64,000 nt of DNA, taken from contig CANMWZ010000009.1 of assembly GCA_947501605.1 (NCBI GenBank), positions 52,893 to 116,892 of the forward strand, written 5' to 3'. The first letter of the stretch is position 1, and the number at the start of each line of letters is the position of its first letter. The stretch is from Planctomycetota bacterium. Its GTDB lineage: Bacteria; Planctomycetota; UBA1135; UBA2386. Below are positions 63,087 to 64,000 of this stretch, piece after piece. The notes below the pieces were generated by a model. It was not told where the DNA came from. It saw only the letters and a list, made by a program, of their open reading frames with translations, and searched no databases. Made by a program: the position numbers and the translations under genes.

Positions 63087-64000
63087 ATGCGTAAACTTCT
63101 CATTCTCGCGGCACTCACCGCGAGCGCCCACGCGCAGTCGAACACGATCGTCGGCCTCGAAGGTCGACTGACCAACAACGCCAGCCCGACCCTGTTCGGT
63201 CGCCGCGGTCCTGCTCACCCGAACGGCGAGATCGGCATGTCGTACAGCTACACGATGTGCAACCCCGGCACCGTCGCCATGGCGTGGACCGCGCCGATGA
63301 ATCCGAACCACCCGATGTTCGCCTACACGGTGGTTCGCGAATCGAACGGTCGCCTGGAGCAGATCACCAACAGCGCCACGACCTACGTGAAGCACGCGTT
63401 CGGCGCCGCCAACACGAGCAGCACGTGCGGCACCTGCACGACGGTCGGCACCGGTCTGCGCGTCGGCTGCAGCGACACCTATGGCGCCGGCACCAACGCG
63501 AACCGCTTCTACCTCGGCCCGGCGGGCGAGGTCGATCCGTGGACCGGCATTTGGAACCCGATCGGTTCGTACTTCGACAGCGGCGATCCGGCCGTTGCTC
63601 CTCCTGCTAGCACCGATGGCGTGCGCAGCTTGACCAGTGGCACGACCGGAGTGTTCGTCGACGCCGTGCGCAATCGCGTGACGCTCAATGAACAGGACCT
63701 GCTGGTGCCCGGCCGCTTGTTCCACTGCATGCACATTGTCGTGCGCGGCGAGGATGGCGACGCGCATTTCGACAACCTGGGTCATCGCCAGTTCACCGCC
63801 GCGTGGACGGGCACGACCTGGGCCTTCGTCAACACGGGCGTCGGCTTCACGCAGGGCACGGTGTTGAACCAGTGGGCCGGCGCCACGGTCAACAGCGCGC
63901 GCAACGGCGAAGACGACGGCCACTTCATCGTCGCGTCGAAGATCACCAACAACGGCAACGGCACGTGGCACTACGAGTACATCGTGCAGAACTTCGACAA
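63087..64000 (+). CDS. Secreted Cys-containing protein, truncated by the window end
   Basis: Own translation (absent from the track because there is no stop): MRKLLILAALTASAHA|QSNT...MCNPG...HP...EQI...VKHAF...CGTC...VGCSDTYG...LGPAGEVDPWTG...WHYEYIVQNFD, open to 64000. Confidence 0.85.
   Translation, partial: MRKLLILAALTASAHAQSNTIVGLEGRLTNNASPTLFGRRGPAHPNGEIGMSYSYTMCNPGTVAMAWTAPMNPNHPMFAYTVVRESNGRLEQITNSATTYVKHAFGAANTSSTCGTCTTVGTGLRVGCSDTYGAGTNANRFYLGPAGEVDPWTGIWNPIGSYFDSGDPAVAPPASTDGVRSLTSGTTGVFVDAVRNRVTLNEQDLLVPGRLFHCMHIVVRGEDGDAHFDNLGHRQFTAAWTGTTWAFVNTGVGFTQGTVLNQWAGATVNSARNGEDDGHFIVASKITNNGNGTWHYEYIVQNFD

Overview
High-GC bacterial chromosomal window with about 48 CDS. I see no rRNA, tRNA, CRISPR array, integrase or transposase. 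Gene content suggests a Planctomycetota-like organism (inference): an ECF sigma factor coupled to a Ser/Thr kinase, many secreted FG-GAP/PKD proteins, and a SWIB protein. Housekeeping genes (alr, tex, aroC, lpdA, an SSS transporter, an ABC transporter, a SulP-carbonic anhydrase fusion) are interleaved with many secreted proteins, a thiol-redox cluster (DsbD plus several TlpA-like proteins), an octaheme cytochrome c and an arsR-arsC fusion/gapdh/arsJ operon. The strongest candidate for an undescribed system is a ~120-135 aa C-terminal domain (GxGC...PGC...Q...D...[ST]NA) shared by seven otherwise unrelated secreted proteins. It behaves like a protein-sorting or surface-anchoring signal. It is accompanied by an almost universal Gln after the predicted signal-peptidase-I cleavage site (a Bacteroidetes-style 'Q-rule'). 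Other notable items are a displaced, internally deleted copy of the tex 3' end bracketing a cargo gene (a decayed integration), a GGTGTCCC palindrome family, a translationally coupled ECF / integrin-like receptor kinase / DUF2891-thioredoxin operon, and a DTW-exonuclease-like fusion. All family assignments come from motifs read by eye; no searches were run.
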